Of a stretch of 64,000 bases of DNA, positions 13,996 through 28,520 are shown in pieces. The stretch lies in NCBI RefSeq assembly GCF_009914755.1, contig NC_060928.1; one strand, given 5' to 3'. Positions within the stretch are counted from its first letter, which is position 1. Each line of letters opens with the position of its first letter. This DNA comes from the human T2T-CHM13v2.0 reference genome, Homo sapiens. The position numbers and the translations under genes were made by a program. A model generated the notes under the pieces. That model was not told the DNA's origin and made no database searches. It worked only from the letters and a program-made list of their open reading frames with translations.

Positions 13996-16900
13996 GACTC
14001 ATACTACTTTATTGCACAAATATGTGGTAAAGGTCAGAACTTTTCTGGGCCTCGTTGACACTTCCCTGGTGAAAGTAGAAGGCTGCCATGCATCTCTCAT
14101 TGTCTCCATGTGGGAATATTATATCAGCTCCCATTAGGCCCCCTGCAATCAGAAAGAAGGAAGCAAAGGGCTAATGCATACTACTACATTATAGTTGCAA
14201 GGTGTTGGTAAAGGTTCAGATCTTTATGGAGCCTCTCTGACACCAGAAGAGTGGAGAAGAGGAATGGAAGTGTTTAATGTTTTCCTGACTTGAACTCCCA
14301 CAAAGCTCCACGAAGATAGCAGCAAACTGCGTAGCTCGCTACTGAAACCCCAGGTCTTAACACGATGACTTTTTTTTTTTTTTTTAATGAATAGGGACAT
14401 TTGTAATTTTATTGAGATTTACAGATGTATATCACCATCTATATGTGGAAAAAAATGGTTCTCCGAGATTTATATATTAAATGTTTTGGCACAAGTTTTG
14501 AGAGACCGAAAGTAGCATATTTTTTCGCAGATTAATCCTTTAAAAGACCAGCTCTTACTAGAATTGTTTAACAATCTGATTTCAGGCTGTTAATTGTAAC
14601 TTACTATGTTTACCAACTGGCTATTTCAATATGTTCACATAAAGAAACATTAATATTTAGCAATTTTCATTATTTAATGTCAAGCTTAAATTGGATCCCT
14701 ATTTGACAATATTGATGTTTTGGATTTTTCTTTGTTGGAGGGACACAGGAAGTCTTATTCACTAATATTTTTGTCCTTGATTTTTTCTTTTTCAAAAACA
14801 TGACGGGGAAAATTGCTAAGCTCAAATAAGAGAAATCAGGTTTAGTTCTAAAGTGCTAGTGTAGAGTATTCCTATGATTTTATTACTTATAATAAAAGAA
14901 TCTGGAATAAGTCCAGTAAGTAAGAGGATTAACTACGGAAATACACTATAAGAAAAAAAATGCTTAGGCAGTTATATTTAAATAGATTCTCAAGAATGGC
15001 ATAAGAATTTCTTCAACACAAAGAACTTCCTTTATTCTATGTCTCACTAGAACTTGCCAAATCTTAGGTTACAAAATGTTGAATATGTCTGTGTCTACAG
15101 ATTTTCATATTATTGAAATAGATTTTATCTTTTTTGTTAACTATTGTATTTTTTAAATGTGATGACTTGTAAATTTGGACGCTACTTTGTTAATAAAAAT
15201 ATCAGAAAATTTTCAAAATAAGAAAATGGAAGATTTTGATTTTCCAATAATATGTTTATAACAACATGCTAACACTATGAATACATACTAATTGCAAGGA
15301 AAATAAAATAAGCCAAAATAGCAACTGTAATTTTGCATTTTAGCCAACAGAATATACTATTGAAAATACACACAGACAAAAGCACATATACACACTTCGA
15401 AATAAAAGGAACCACAGAATTTTAACATGTATCATGAGTTTGATATTACATATGTTTTAGAATAATTGACCATAAGTATAATAATGTAGAGAGTAATTTT
15501 TTTGGTGCAAGCTACATGATTTACAAAAGCACTTATACTTTACTGGAAAGAACAATGACAACTAAGGAAACAGCTGAAGTTATAGTGTTTTAACTTCGGA
15601 TAGGATGTTGAAAACTGAAGTCGTTCATAATTTTCATTCTATTTATTAGAATAAGTTTTAGGAATAAATTGTTCCTTTCTTGGTGTTAAGTACCTAACAG
15701 GTGGAGGAAAACTCATTTTTAACCACTTTGCCCGTTGTAAAAACAACAGAATACAAGTTTCCCACTGAGAAATGATAATTTTTCAGGAATTTTGAATGCA
15801 ATTTATATTGAATATTTTATAAGAAAATTAAGGAGGAGCTGATTCAATTATCCACACAGAAATATAAATGATACAGGAAAATGGGTTTCTTTTTGTTTAA
15901 CTAGTGGTATACTTTACATGCAAATGTTTCTTTATCTAAACAATTTTTCACTTGTTTTTATAAAATTTACTGTATTTATATCTATGTATCAATACAATGT
16001 ATCTGTTAATCATTTAACTATCCTACGATCAGTTAAAAAGTATAGAAATGCTGACTTTAGAAATACTTTAGGAATATGTATTCTTCAGACTGTCTTATTA
16101 AAATCTAGTCATAAAGATTTTTGAGCATACTAAGCACATATCAAAAATACTATTAGACCTTTACAAACCTGTGAAAGCAAAATGAAATAAATTTGGCAAT
16201 GAAGAGTCATACAAATATATTGATTTCTAAATGATAATAAGACCAGCATTTTCTTTTCTGTTTGATTGTTTTTTTTAAGACTACATTTTCTATGATTTGA
16301 TGAAACAGTTTTATATTTTCATTTACAATTATTATGATGATTACTATTCACATGAGTAGGCAAAAAAGAATCATAGAAGGAACTCTCAAGAGTATTTTGA
16401 TGTGGATATTAGTACTTTCTACTCAGGTTTTGAGGGTTTTAATAGTATCAGAAAGCGGTGCTAAGGTATAAACTTATGCACTAAAATACTTTTTTTTTTT
16501 TGCAAATAAAATGTTATTTCAGTATCTCTAATGTTCTGGTTTCTCAACAGGCTCATTCCCCGAAGGCTCATTTCTTGCCAAGACCGGGGAGTTTCTGCCC
16601 ATATGGTCCCATGAAGCCTTGGTTTATAGTCCCCTGATTTCACTACAGTTAGAGAAAAAAATCTTCCAGGCTTCTGATTTCCTTGCAGATAAAAATAGCA
16701 TACGCCTTCGGTTACCAAAATAATGACAAAATAAAAACTCCCCAAATATTCTGAGTTTGTTGTATTGGCTTCAAAAACTTCCGAAGCAAGCATTGTTTGT
16801 TAAACAATGGAAAAGCCTGTGCCTTATTTAATGCTTTATAGGGTTTGATAAATTTTCAAAACTAAATTAAAATATGTTGGCTAATTATCCCTTGCCAATA

Positions 16901-17478
16901 CTGTCTAGCAAGTAAGGTATACCAGGAAAATTTGACAGGCTTTTACATATATACCATGGAATAAAACTATATTAGTATTTTGAAGAAAGACACATTAGCA
17001 AATTCAAGATTTTCCAGTAAGTTTTTTTTATTTTTGCATATCATCAGTCACATTTCACTTTAACTAATACTATTCATATATGGTATCTATAGTCTGATAC
17101 ATATTTTATACTCCCTAAAAGCCTCTAGGTAGTTTTTAAGCACCTATTTATTTAATTATGTGCTATTCAACCTCACAGTTGGTCTTCTTTGATTGTAGAA
17201 AGTTGCCTTATTCAGAATGTGCTTTCTGGTTTACATACTGAGTAGCTTATGGTGAAGCTCTGTCAATAATATATTTTATATATATATATATCTACAAAAT
17301 TCTAACAAGATGTTTCAATTTATGTCACATTTTAAGTTTTAGCACTAACTCTACAATTAAGTTTTAGCACTAACCGTACAATTTAAGTTGACATAACAAC
17401 ACAGAATTAATATATTTTGAATTTTAAAAAATGTTCTTTGACATATCATGAAGAAACATCCAGACAGATTGTAGTTTG

Positions 17479-17561
17479 GTAGATAGACAAACAGCTAGCT
17501 AGCTAGCTAGATATCTAGATAGACAGACAGCTAGCTAGCTAGATAGATAGCTAGATAGACA
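17479..17561. repeat. Compound tetranucleotide microsatellite (GATA/GACA/GCTA)
   Basis: tagatagaca...agctagctagctagctagatatctagatagacagacagctagctagctagatagatag read directly. Confidence 0.9.
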
Positions 17562-17765
17562 GGAATGAAATATTTCAAATTGTCTTAAAAATCAGGCATG
17601 TATATATATGCTGTGTTATATAAGAAACAGACTATCTAAGTTTGGGTGAAATTCTGTACCTCTTAAAATATGTTTTGATATGTTCTATAAATAATATAAT
17701 TCAAAAACTAAAAGTTATAGTCTATTTCAATAAAAAATAAATGGTGCTTTAGTAAGTGAAAGTAA

Positions 17766-18090
<325 letters not shown>

Positions 18091-18689
18091 TTAATAATAT
18101 TTTGGTGCATATAAAATCACAATTTTTAAAGAAGTAAAGCAATTAAAATAGCACATTTTTATGCCTGAAATAGTAATTTTCTTTTTAAATATCTACCTGG
18201 CATAACAGATTATAAGTCTTTTGTTCATTCAATACTTATTTCAACAAATTATTATGGATGGAGTCTCTTATTTTATGTAATGTTTTGAAGTCTGGTGATA
18301 AAGCAGTGACTGAAACAACCTGCTTAAGCTCTGGAGTCTATGTTCTAGAGCATTCAGATGTATCAATGATTCTTTGACATATTTATTTATTCATGTACGC
18401 CAAAAGAGTATGTGTAATTTTCAGATAGTGATTTAATCTTGTTGCCAAATGAAGTAAATGTCATGATATATTTGTTCTTCATTTATACTCACTATAATGC
18501 TTTGTTTTATATAGTCATCTCTTGTATCATATAGTCATCTCTCATATTAGAGACATCAACTCATTCACTGAGTTTAGTGAAGTATTTCATCATGACAACA
18601 CTGGAGCACTTATTTGATGTTCTGATTGTTGCCAAAGTGTCACAACTGTAGGACTTACCTTTATAATGCACATTTTTAAGCACTGGCAC

Positions 18690-18983
18690 CACCATCATCA
18701 TCTTTTGACTATCACTGTGACTCCCAGACAGTCACACTGCTCTAGCCATATTTCTATCCTATAGTTTGTTCTCAATACAAAATCCAGAGATCCTTTTAAA
18801 TTGCAAATAATAGCATGCTGCTCCTGTGTTCAAATTTCTGTACAGGCACACCATTTCATTCAGAGTTACAAGCCAAAATCTTTAGAAATGCCTACAAGGA
18901 CCCAAATGATATGTAAGGTTACATTGTAACCCATCACATCCCACTATCTTATCTCTGATATCCTCTACTATTTGTTCTCTTAG
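18690..18983 (+). mobile_element. L2 fragment (5' part, interrupted by MER11)
   Basis: L2-like 'ccagagatccttttaaa...tcagagttacaagccaaaatctttagaaatgcctacaaggaccc'; continues after 20443. Confidence 0.75.
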
Positions 18984-19208
18984 TATTGGGGGAACCCATC
19001 CCCAATATTTCAACATAGGTTCTATTTTCCATAAGTGTTGGTTGGCTGAGAAATAAAGAGAGACAGTACAAAGAGAGGAATTTTACAGCTGGGCCGCCAG
19101 GGGTGACATCACATATCAGTAGAACCGTGATGCTCACCTGAGTCTCAGACCAGCAAGTTTTTATTAAGGGTTTCAAAAGGGGAGGGGGCGTAAGAACAGG
19201 GAGTAGGT

Positions 19209-19432
19209 ACAAAGATCACATGCTTCAAAGGGTAAAAAGCAGAACCAGTAATAAGGGTCCAACAAAGATCACATGCTTCTGAGGGAATAGGACAAAGGGC
19301 AAAAGCAGAACCACTGATAAGGGTCCAACAAAGATCACAGGGCAAAGGGCAAAAGCAGAACTACTGATAAGGGTCCAACAAAGATCACAGGGCAAAGGGC
19401 AAAAGGCAAAAGCAGAACCACTGATAAGGGTC
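19209..19432. repeat. Internal ~50-66 bp tandem array in MER11 (4 units)
   Basis: Repeating acaaagatcaca...aaaagcagaacc/ct-actgataagggtcc. Confidence 0.92.
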
Positions 19433-19628
19433 TATGTTCAGTGGTGGTGCATGTATTGTCTTGATAAACATCTTAAACAACAGAAAACAGGGTTCCAGAG
19501 CAGAGAACTGGTCTGACCACAGATCTACCAGGGTGGAATTTTTCCCCACCTTAGCAAGCCTGAGGGTTCTTCAGGAGACCAGGACGTATCTCAGACCTTA
19601 TCTCAACTTCATAAGACAGACATTCCCT

Positions 19629-20020
<392 letters not shown>

Positions 20021-20443
20021 TTAGTGATATCTTTCCTACTTGCACATCCATTTATAGGCTCTCTGAAAGAAGAAAAATATGGCTCTTTCTCCCCAACCCT
20101 GCAGGCAGTCAGAACTTATGGTTGTCTTCCCTTGTTCCATAAAAATCGCAGTTATTCTGTTTTTTTCAAGGTGCACTGATTTCATATTGTTCAAACACAC
20201 ATGTTTTACAATCAATTTGTACAGTTAACACAATGATCACAGTGGTCCTGTGGTGACGTACATCCTCAGTTTATGAAGATAACAGGATTAAGACATTAAA
20301 GACAGGCATAAGAAATTATAAAAGTATTATTTGGGAACTAATAAATGTCCACATTAATATTAAATCTTCACAATTTATGTTCCTCTGCCATGGCTCCAGC
20401 CGCTCCCTCCATTCAGGGTCCATGACTTCCCACAACATCTTAG

Positions 20444-20916
20444 CCCACCAAATTGGCCACCTTGTTGTTCCTTGAATGACTCCATATTATCTCCTGAGTA
20501 TTTTTATTCTTTCCATTCCCAGTGCCTGGAATATTTTCCCCAGATACAATTGACTGAGTTGTCATTTCCAAGACTATTCTAAAACCCTCCATTGTCTCAA
20601 AAGGCCTACCTTGTCCATTCTACTAAATACTGTAATATCCATCTCCAAATCACACACCTAAATTCTTCTTATTCTTCTTTAATTTTTCTTTTTCCACTTA
20701 ACTATTGAAAATAATGTACTTATATATTATGTTTATTGTTTATTCTCTTTCTGCTCCACAAGAATATAAGCTTCATGGTGTCTGTTTTATTTACTGACAT
20801 CTGTATATTCACATGCCTGGGACAGCATCCAGTTCATATTAGATAATACATGAACTGGATGGTGTCCCAGGCATGTGAATATACAGATGTCAGTATAAAT
20901 TTGTTAAATGAATGAA
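20444..20916 (+). mobile_element. L2 fragment (3' part, L2a-like end)
   Basis: cagtgcctggaatattttccccagata...agaatataagcttcatg...tttgttaaatgaatgaa matches the L2 3' terminus. Confidence 0.8.
20792..20895. repeat. Near-perfect inverted repeat (46-bp arms, 12-nt spacer)
   Basis: 20792-20837 versus the reverse complement of 20850-20895: 45/46 identical. Confidence 0.97.
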
Positions 20917-21480
20917 AGTTATGCTTTCCAGTCTTGTTGATTCTTCACATTTTGTAAATATATATGATTAGTCCTATGAAGATTCCCATTCTTCAAATTC
21001 TTATGCCTCTGTTAGTTTATCAAGAATTTCATTTTGAGATTTTATTATTGATTTCCTATCATTTCCTATTAATATATCACCTTAATTTCCTATTATTATA
21101 TTTTCCTTGTCTTTCCAATTTTTAAAGTTGCAGTATATAATTCAGCTATTCTATATTTTTATTTTAATAAGCAATTAAGTAAAATGGACAGAATATACAA
21201 AATATTTAATTAAATAAAGTAATTCCTAGAAAAGGATACCAATGCTTTAAAAATGTATTCAAGAGCAAATTGAATGACAAACTGAATAACAACTATTTAT
21301 TATTACATATTGCAGAAAATTATACTTATTTTTAAAGAAGATGTAGACACACTTTAAAAATTCTTCAACTTCCAGCTGTGGTATAGTTTTCAAAGGACAT
21401 ACGATATGCTTGTAAGTTCATCCATTGGAAGGTCAGGTCAAATGCTCTTCATCTCAAATTTTGTGCAAAACAGAATGTTA

Positions 21481-21787
21481 GGCTAGGCATGGTGGCTTGC
21501 ACCTGTAACCCCAGCACTTTAGGAGGCCAAGGTGAGAGGATTGCACGAGCCCAGAAGCTCGAGACCAGCCTGGGCAACATGGTGAGAGACACATCTCTAC
21601 AAAAAATAAAAAATTAGCCAGGCATGGTGGCACATGCCTATAGTTCCAGCTCCTTGGAAGGCTGAGGTAGGAGGATTGCTTAAGCTTCGGAGGTCAAGGC
21701 TGCAGTGAGCCATAACAGTGCCATTGAACTCCAGCCTGGAACACACAGCTAGACCCTGTCTCAAAACAAACCAGCAGAAACCAAAAA
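21481..21787 (+). mobile_element. Alu (AluJ-like)
   Basis: ggctaggcatggtggct...ggaggtcaaggctgcagtgagc...gtctcaaaacaaa. Confidence 0.93.
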
Positions 21788-22417
21788 TAGACTTTTAGAT
21801 AAATAGACAAAACAGAAAGATAGATAGGTAGGAAGGTAGATTGAAAGGCAAGTGGGTGTGTAGATAGATACATAAAAGATAAAAGGATAAATAATTAGTA
21901 TATGGAAATATGCCTCTATAATCTTGTGTGGCTTTTCTGCATATGCCTCAGTAAAGATGTTTTTACTTCAATTTACATTGATTTTACTACACATATTTAA
22001 AATCAATTATGGAAATAGCCTTTGGTTTAAATCAATGCAGTTATTAACTCAGCCATGCTTTGATCTTAGTGACTTTAACCTGAGTTGCATTGTTGTTGTT
22101 TCACAAGGAACTAATCTGTTAATTCCATCCAGTCTATTTTTCATCAAAGTCATAACAATAAAATGGATCTCCTTACTAATATGCTTCTCCAAATTGACAT
22201 GCACCTATCTCTCAGGACATTCTTAATTCTTCTTAATAAACGATCATCCTTGGAATAAAGCTGCTTTATTTTAGCCACTAATATGAGTTCTAAAATGTTG
22301 ACATAGTTTACCTCTAACTATATTGACAGAGTTTACCTCTTGCCACTCTTTTCACTCCCCTGTCTCCCTCCACTAAGTAAATATTTTCCGTGTTAAGCCT
22401 TAACATATTCTTAGATA

Positions 22418-22443
22418 TGTGTGTGTGTGTGTGTGTGTGTGTA
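22418..22443. repeat. (TG)n microsatellite
   Basis: Read directly. Confidence 0.95.
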
Positions 22444-22508
22444 ATTGTACTTTTAAAAAAAATCAGGAAAAAATAGGCATGTTCCTGGATTTTTTTTCTA
22501 CTCAATAT

Positions 22509-23113
22509 TGCTATAGGAGTTATTAAGAAATTATTTTAGGCAGATAGAGAGGAAAAGCGGTCCTTGGGAAGTTTTTTTTTCTTTTAAAGCAGCTCCAGAA
22601 GCATTTCTTTTCTAGCAGAAAAGCCAGGCCGGCAAGCCTTGATATGCAAATGTCGGCCATTAGAAACTGGGTCCACTCAAATATGGCAATTCCCTGGTCT
22701 TCTTCTTGTCCCCACATGTGCCTAACAGCATGGCTGCCCCCACATATCCCCATGTGTATAGAACATCATGGCACCCTGCACTTCTACATATTAAAAGGCT
22801 ACGGTGGGAGGGTCAGTTTTGTTGAGGGCTACTTGAGTGACAAACCTGGTCAAACCACTTCCCTGGGCCCTATGCAAATCAAACACCACCTCCTCCAGCC
22901 TCACAATATAACTGGCTGTTCTCAGCTGCACTCAGGGTTCCCTCTTTTGGCTTGGAGTCCCCCTCCCTCTGTCTCTGTATGGGGATCCTCTTCCTTCTTT
23001 CTTGCCTATTAAACTCTCCTCCCAAAACCACTCCACGTGTGTCTGTGTCGTTTTATTTAAACAGGCGCGAGACAAAGAACCTTGGTGTTCCTCCAGTCAT
23101 TGGAGCCAAATCA
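22509..23113 (+). mobile_element. ERV1-class solo LTR (MER50/LTR9/MER61-like; subfamily uncertain)
   Basis: TG...CA termini, 4-bp TSD-like atat/acat, a TATA-like cataTATAA-type element near 22905, poly(A) signal ATTAAA near 23008, and the characteristic 5' end aggagttattaagaaattattttaggcagatag. Confidence 0.85.
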
Positions 23114-24059
23114 ACATTATACTACCAATATAATTTATAAAGGGCATTTAGTTATAGTTTCTTCGTAATAATGTTCCATTATATGAGGTTACCAAAGCTT
23201 ATATACATTCCGTTTTGTACAGAAATAAATTTGGCATTTGTATATCATTTGATTTAGCACTAGATTTCCAGTATTATGAAGATTCGCAAACATATCTCCT
23301 GGGAAACATGTCTAAGAGTTCCATTAAGTTTATATATAAGAGTATGATGAGTCTTATGCAGTAGAAATGATAACTGTATACAATGCCACCAAAATATGTA
23401 ATGAAATTTTTATGATGGTAAATTCCAAAAGGCGCGAAACTATAAGTAAATTAATAATAGCAGACAATGTAAAGAAGAAAAAGAAATTTTTAGAAGAGTG
23501 CCTGAGTGTGAAGTCAGCACATAATTTGTTTCAGGCAAATACCGCCAATACTGTCTAAAAGATATTTTATTCCTTAAATTTTTTTCCTCCTTTAATAAGG
23601 CTGAAGATTGAATCTTGTGCTACCATCTCATCATTGTGACACAGATCTAGAAGAGGTGTCATTAGTTTTAAGATATATTAAATATACATATGTGTGTGTC
23701 TATATACATACACACATTTAAATGAGTTAATCCGTGATAAATAATGCCAGTCTTATCCTAGTAAAATAAAAATTATAATTTGTGGTTTAAAACAATTTAA
23801 AGCTGGAAGTTGCCATTTTTACTTTTCAAAATGCAATAGTAATACAAGCAAAGTTTAAAAATATTTTTAAAATATAATACTTTAAAATATGTTAGAAAAG
23901 TTCTGCGTCTATAACATATTTAAATATAAAGATTTTAGGATAATTTTATTAAGTTCCATTTCTATTGTTTAACTAAAAACAACATTTCAATTTGAAATCG
24001 GGATAATCTAATTACTTATCAAAAAGAAGTATGTTACATAATTGAAAGAGGCAATTGTG

Positions 24060-24225
24060 CTTTAAAATCAAACAGATCACTTACTTAACATGCACTTAAA
24101 AATCCTCAATTAAAAAAATCTACTTCATGAGTCTTCTTTACATTTTGAGGCTCTGATAAGTTGTTAGGCTCAAGTGAGGTAATGTATGCAATCATAGTTG
24201 AGTGTGTGTTAAATAATAATTTGTA
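24060..24225 (+). mobile_element. MIR-like fragment
   Basis: gttgttaggctcaagtgaggtaatgtatgcaa resembles the MIR 3' half. Confidence 0.45.
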
Positions 24226-25439
24226 GCTCTTATTTTTGTAACATTCTATTGAGTATTAAAAGCATGATACATTTTATTAAATTATTATAAATTAATGAAA
24301 TTACAACAAGTTTAGAACATTCTTATTATAACATCTTTGTTGGCCAAATTCCAGCTGCAATACCCTTTTAATTCATGTGGATAACAAACATTGGATATGG
24401 ATTACATAGCAGGTAGTATTTTAAGAAATATTTACCAAGAGATATTTCCCATCATGGAAACTTATATAAATCATAAATAAAACAAAACAAAAATAAACAG
24501 AAACATAAAGTACTACATCAAATTAAAGAATTCAAGGATAAACTCTGACCTACAAATAAAAATATACTAAGAATTGGCATTTACATCATAGTATAGAAAA
24601 AATGGGTTTGTGGTTCTGAAGTTATAAAAGTAACATTTGATGACAGTGTATTATTGTATTTTAAATTTGCATGCTTTAAAATTTTAAATTTGAATTTACT
24701 GAATCACCCAGGAGACAATCTTGATGTTAAAATTTTTAACAGAAGATATTTAATTTGACAATATATATCTGTCATGGGGCCAAATACCAAAACGAAAGCT
24801 CTGAGCTACACCAGAGGTAATTCCAGAAAGTAGTTATTACCCATAAGCCTGGGGGATACAAGGGGAAAAGGTTGAGTTTATCAGAGGGTAGAGAAAAGGG
24901 CAAACACCTGCAGAGCTGGGGCTCAGGCTGCTGCTAGTCCTTTGAGGGAAGGCATAAAGGCAAGTTCTAGGAAATAAATAAATAAATAAATAAATAAATA
25001 GAGCCTGAGACTGGAACCAACAAATGGCTGAGGAGATCTGCTGTGGGAAAAGCAGCCAGCAAATAGAAACAAGAGAGTCTCTTATCTCCTTGCGTTTTTC
25101 AACACTCTCTAGATCCCTTGTGTTAGCAGAATAGAGCAAGTTATCACTTAAAGTAGCAGGTAGAAATGTAAAGAATCTCAGCCTCTGCATCACAAACTAG
25201 GGCATGGAAGAATGGAATTGTGGTTTACAGGCAATAGCTTTATAACCTAATTTCTGATTCCATATAGGTTTCTATTATATTATATTCTTATGGTGTATTT
25301 CCATCACATTTTTTTAAAATATTATTTTTTAAGGTCTAGTCCTGTAAGTATGTGAATGTTTTACTCTTTCCTCAAGTTTCTTTCTCCTTCTTCATCCCCT
25401 GCCAATTTCTTCTTTTCTCTGCCCAATTAATGACTTTAA

Positions 25440-25715
25440 CTTGTTTCCAGGCAGACTAAATTCTAGACCTTGCCACACTCTTTCTCACATTGGAGTACAT
25501 GTATATCCTGCTCACTCTGGATAGCTTCTCTTCTCCCTTCTTCATCTGATTAATCCCCACATATCCTTCAGAACTTAGCCAAAATAGCACCATCTTTGGC
25601 TCTGAGTAACAGGTACTCTTCTTATTGAACACAATGACACAGTCTGCTACCTCTATTGTAGAACGTAACAAACAGCACTGTAATGGACACATTTCTTAGC
25701 TATTTCTTTCAATAA
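25440..25715 (+). mobile_element. L2-like fragment
   Basis: ccttcttcatctgattaatccccacatatccttcagaacttagccaaaatagcaccatc resembles degenerate L2b/c. Confidence 0.5.
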
Positions 25716-27670
25716 GCCATATGTCGCTTGAGCGACATGACCTCCTGATTCTGAAAAATGGAGTCTATTATATATATAAAGAATATATATAATAGATTGT
25801 GTACATAATAGAATGCATATATATATATAATCAAAAAGCCATATGCAAACCATAAGGGCTAATATAATTTGTGTGTTTGAGCACTAAATTTGTTCTTAAG
25901 TTTTCTAGAAGTCAGAAAAAAAAAGACAGCAAGCTAAATAAAGTTGGAATTTATGTTAACTGTGGAAGAAGGGTAACAATGAATAGAAAAATTAGAGAAA
26001 TATGTTAAATATCAGTGAGCATACGCAAAGTTATCCGGGCGCAAAAGAGTGCAGAAGCAAAAATATAGTATAACTAAAATATATGAACATTGCCTTTTTA
26101 AATTCCTGTCTCATCTAATATAACTATTAATTGAAAGCCATAAGAATAGCAAAATTAAGAGGAAATTAACTAAACAAGCTTATAAGAGGAAATTATGAGT
26201 CAGTATGAAAGTATACTGCTTATGATATCTGATCAAATGGCAGTTAGATTCGCACTTGGTTAAAACAAAAATAGTGAAGGGATAAAAGAATGAAAGAATA
26301 AAAGAACAAAGAACTTGAGAAAGAAAAACATGAGTACAAAATAACTAAAAAAATAAAAAATAATAAAATATCCAAAGAAAGAAAAAGAGGATGATGTGGG
26401 ATATTTCTGATGGAACATAACTTGTGGTACACTAAAGACATACTAAAGTCCTTTTAAATGGGATCCAGAGAAGTTCTGGAACTCTAAACAAACTCTAAAC
26501 AAATATGTTGTATTTAATTTTATTAAAATTCAACCTCAAAGTGTCTTTTTAGACAATGTTAACTTAGAGCAAAACAATTTTTTAAACTATTCTACTCCCC
26601 ATTTGCAAATGTCATATAAAATTTAAACTAATGTTCTTGTATTTTGATTTACTAGCCTCCTTCTTCATGCAAAATGATAGGCTTAATAATTGAGGAAATA
26701 CATTATACCATTTTATTGACATGAGCCAGGTCATAAAAAGAGCTCAGTTTTTTCTGCACTAACAAAGAGAAAGACAAGCAAAATTTTGCATCTGATGAAG
26801 ACTTTTAAAATCAACTGTGATACGCAGGTCCTATTCCTTGGAGATTAAATCAGGATTGTTAGAGATGAGAACATTCTGAGGAACCTTGACCCTCTTTTTC
26901 TCTCTCTCACCTCTAATCCCAAACTGGCTATTTCACTTTCAAATATCCTGAGGCTAATTATTTCCTGATTGATCTTTCTAAATGAGCTTTTCACGGCTTC
27001 ATCTAATGGATATGTGCTCCTCCCTAAATCATTTGTCAAACTTGCTTTCATAAAGATATATCCCCCAGAGGTGACTTTAGCTTTCTGTTAAATAGGTCGG
27101 ATAGAAACAGAATTGAGACCAAGTATTCGAAACTTCACAGAATTCAAATCCAATTCTATATGCATGTTACTATGGTATAGGTTTCTAGAATATAAATGAA
27201 TATGAATATGGACTTCTGTAACAGCAATGCCAAATTATCCGGGAAGTTTGTCTTGACCACAAGTAGGTTTTTGAAAAGTATCTATTTTAAAATTGAGCAC
27301 ATTTACTTTGCAATGTCTATACTAGTCACTAAATTAATGCAATGACCTTCAATAACATAATGTACACTTGCTTTTTCTGAATTTCAAGTATTGAAATTCT
27401 ATCACTCATGCTTCAAGGCTGACTTCATAGGAAAAGTTTATAAAATTCCATTTTATGTTGAAATCTATTAAACTTTTGACTACAGGTTTAATTCTACATC
27501 TTGTAAACATGGAAACTGTTTCTACATATTGTTTAACTATATATAGAACATTGACCCAGAACTGTGTAGCTTTCCAGACAAATACTACATGTGTTATGTG
27601 ATGGGAATTCATTTCTCTTAAAAGCTAAATAAAGTGAAGTATGTGCTCCTAACTTCATAAAGTTAAGAAT

Positions 27671-28520
27671 TAGGGCTGCCTTCATGAATATGTAGCCAGT
27701 GAAGTTCCTCAGAAACCCACATTCAAAAGACCTCATGCTTAAGATTGAATGTTCTCTATATACTGTCTTGAAACTCTTAATAATTTTATCTTTGATTTTC
27801 TGTTTTCAAGTGACTTCCAATGGGACAATGAAGCATGCAACAAGGCCTTGGTGATGTGGCCGATGCAGAGTTCTTCATTTCAACATCTCACGTTGCCTTC
27901 TTAGAATGTGTCCTTTTCAGCTTTCTTCTACCCTGATGTCCCAGTCTCTCCTATGCTTCTGCCATATGACCTCTGCCATCTTTCAGCAACTTGTTTTTGT
28001 GAGCAGAAAGGATGTCTGTGTTCTGCTCTTCCCATCTACCTTTTGCAGGGATGTTGGCACAGGCCTGGGTAGGGTTGGGAATGGCCATACAATCAAATTG
28101 GTCTTACATAAAAGTACAAGTCAGATACTCTATCATATCTCAAGGAGGAGGTGGCAGCCATCCCTGCCCTAGGCTGGCAGTGACAAAGTATGTTTGGTGA
28201 GCAACTTGAGAACTCTCATATCCCCTGAATCTAGATGTTGAGCATCTTGGGACATGGAGATTATAACACCTTAGAGTCACCCTTCCATCATGGGTTGAGG
28301 TGGTGATTTGTTGAAAAAAAAGATTGCCTTCACTCCTTCCATTGGGACAGTATGCCACAGTCCAGCAGCTGGTCGGAGGGGAAACGTGTCAACTGCCAGG
28401 ACAAGTGCATGCATGTGCACATGGTCAAGCTCTATGAAGGTCTACACTTGCTCAACAAATGTCTCTGTGACTGAAGGAGCATGGCATTAAATAGAAAATA
28501 AAACACACTAAGACAAATGC
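27671..28520 (+). mobile_element. MER45-family hAT-Tip100 DNA transposon fossil
   Basis: tagggctgccttcatg...gtcttgaaactcttaataattttatctttga...ccaatgggacaatgaagcatgc matches the MER45B-type 5' part as I recall it; attaaatagaaaataaaacacac lies near the 3' part. Confidence 0.7.

Noticed and set aside
17332-17381. 25-bp tandem duplication (also 20 bp at 18509-18548, 19 bp at 54857-54894, 15 bp at 52696-52724)
   Set aside because: Ordinary slippage duplications with no sign of function.
19209-19432. CRISPR-like repeat-spacer array
   Set aside because: The units are tandem with no unique spacers, lie inside a primate LTR, and there are no cas genes.
25721-25738. 8-bp palindrome atgtcgct-tg-agcgacat
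   Set aside because: Short enough to arise by chance in 64 kb.
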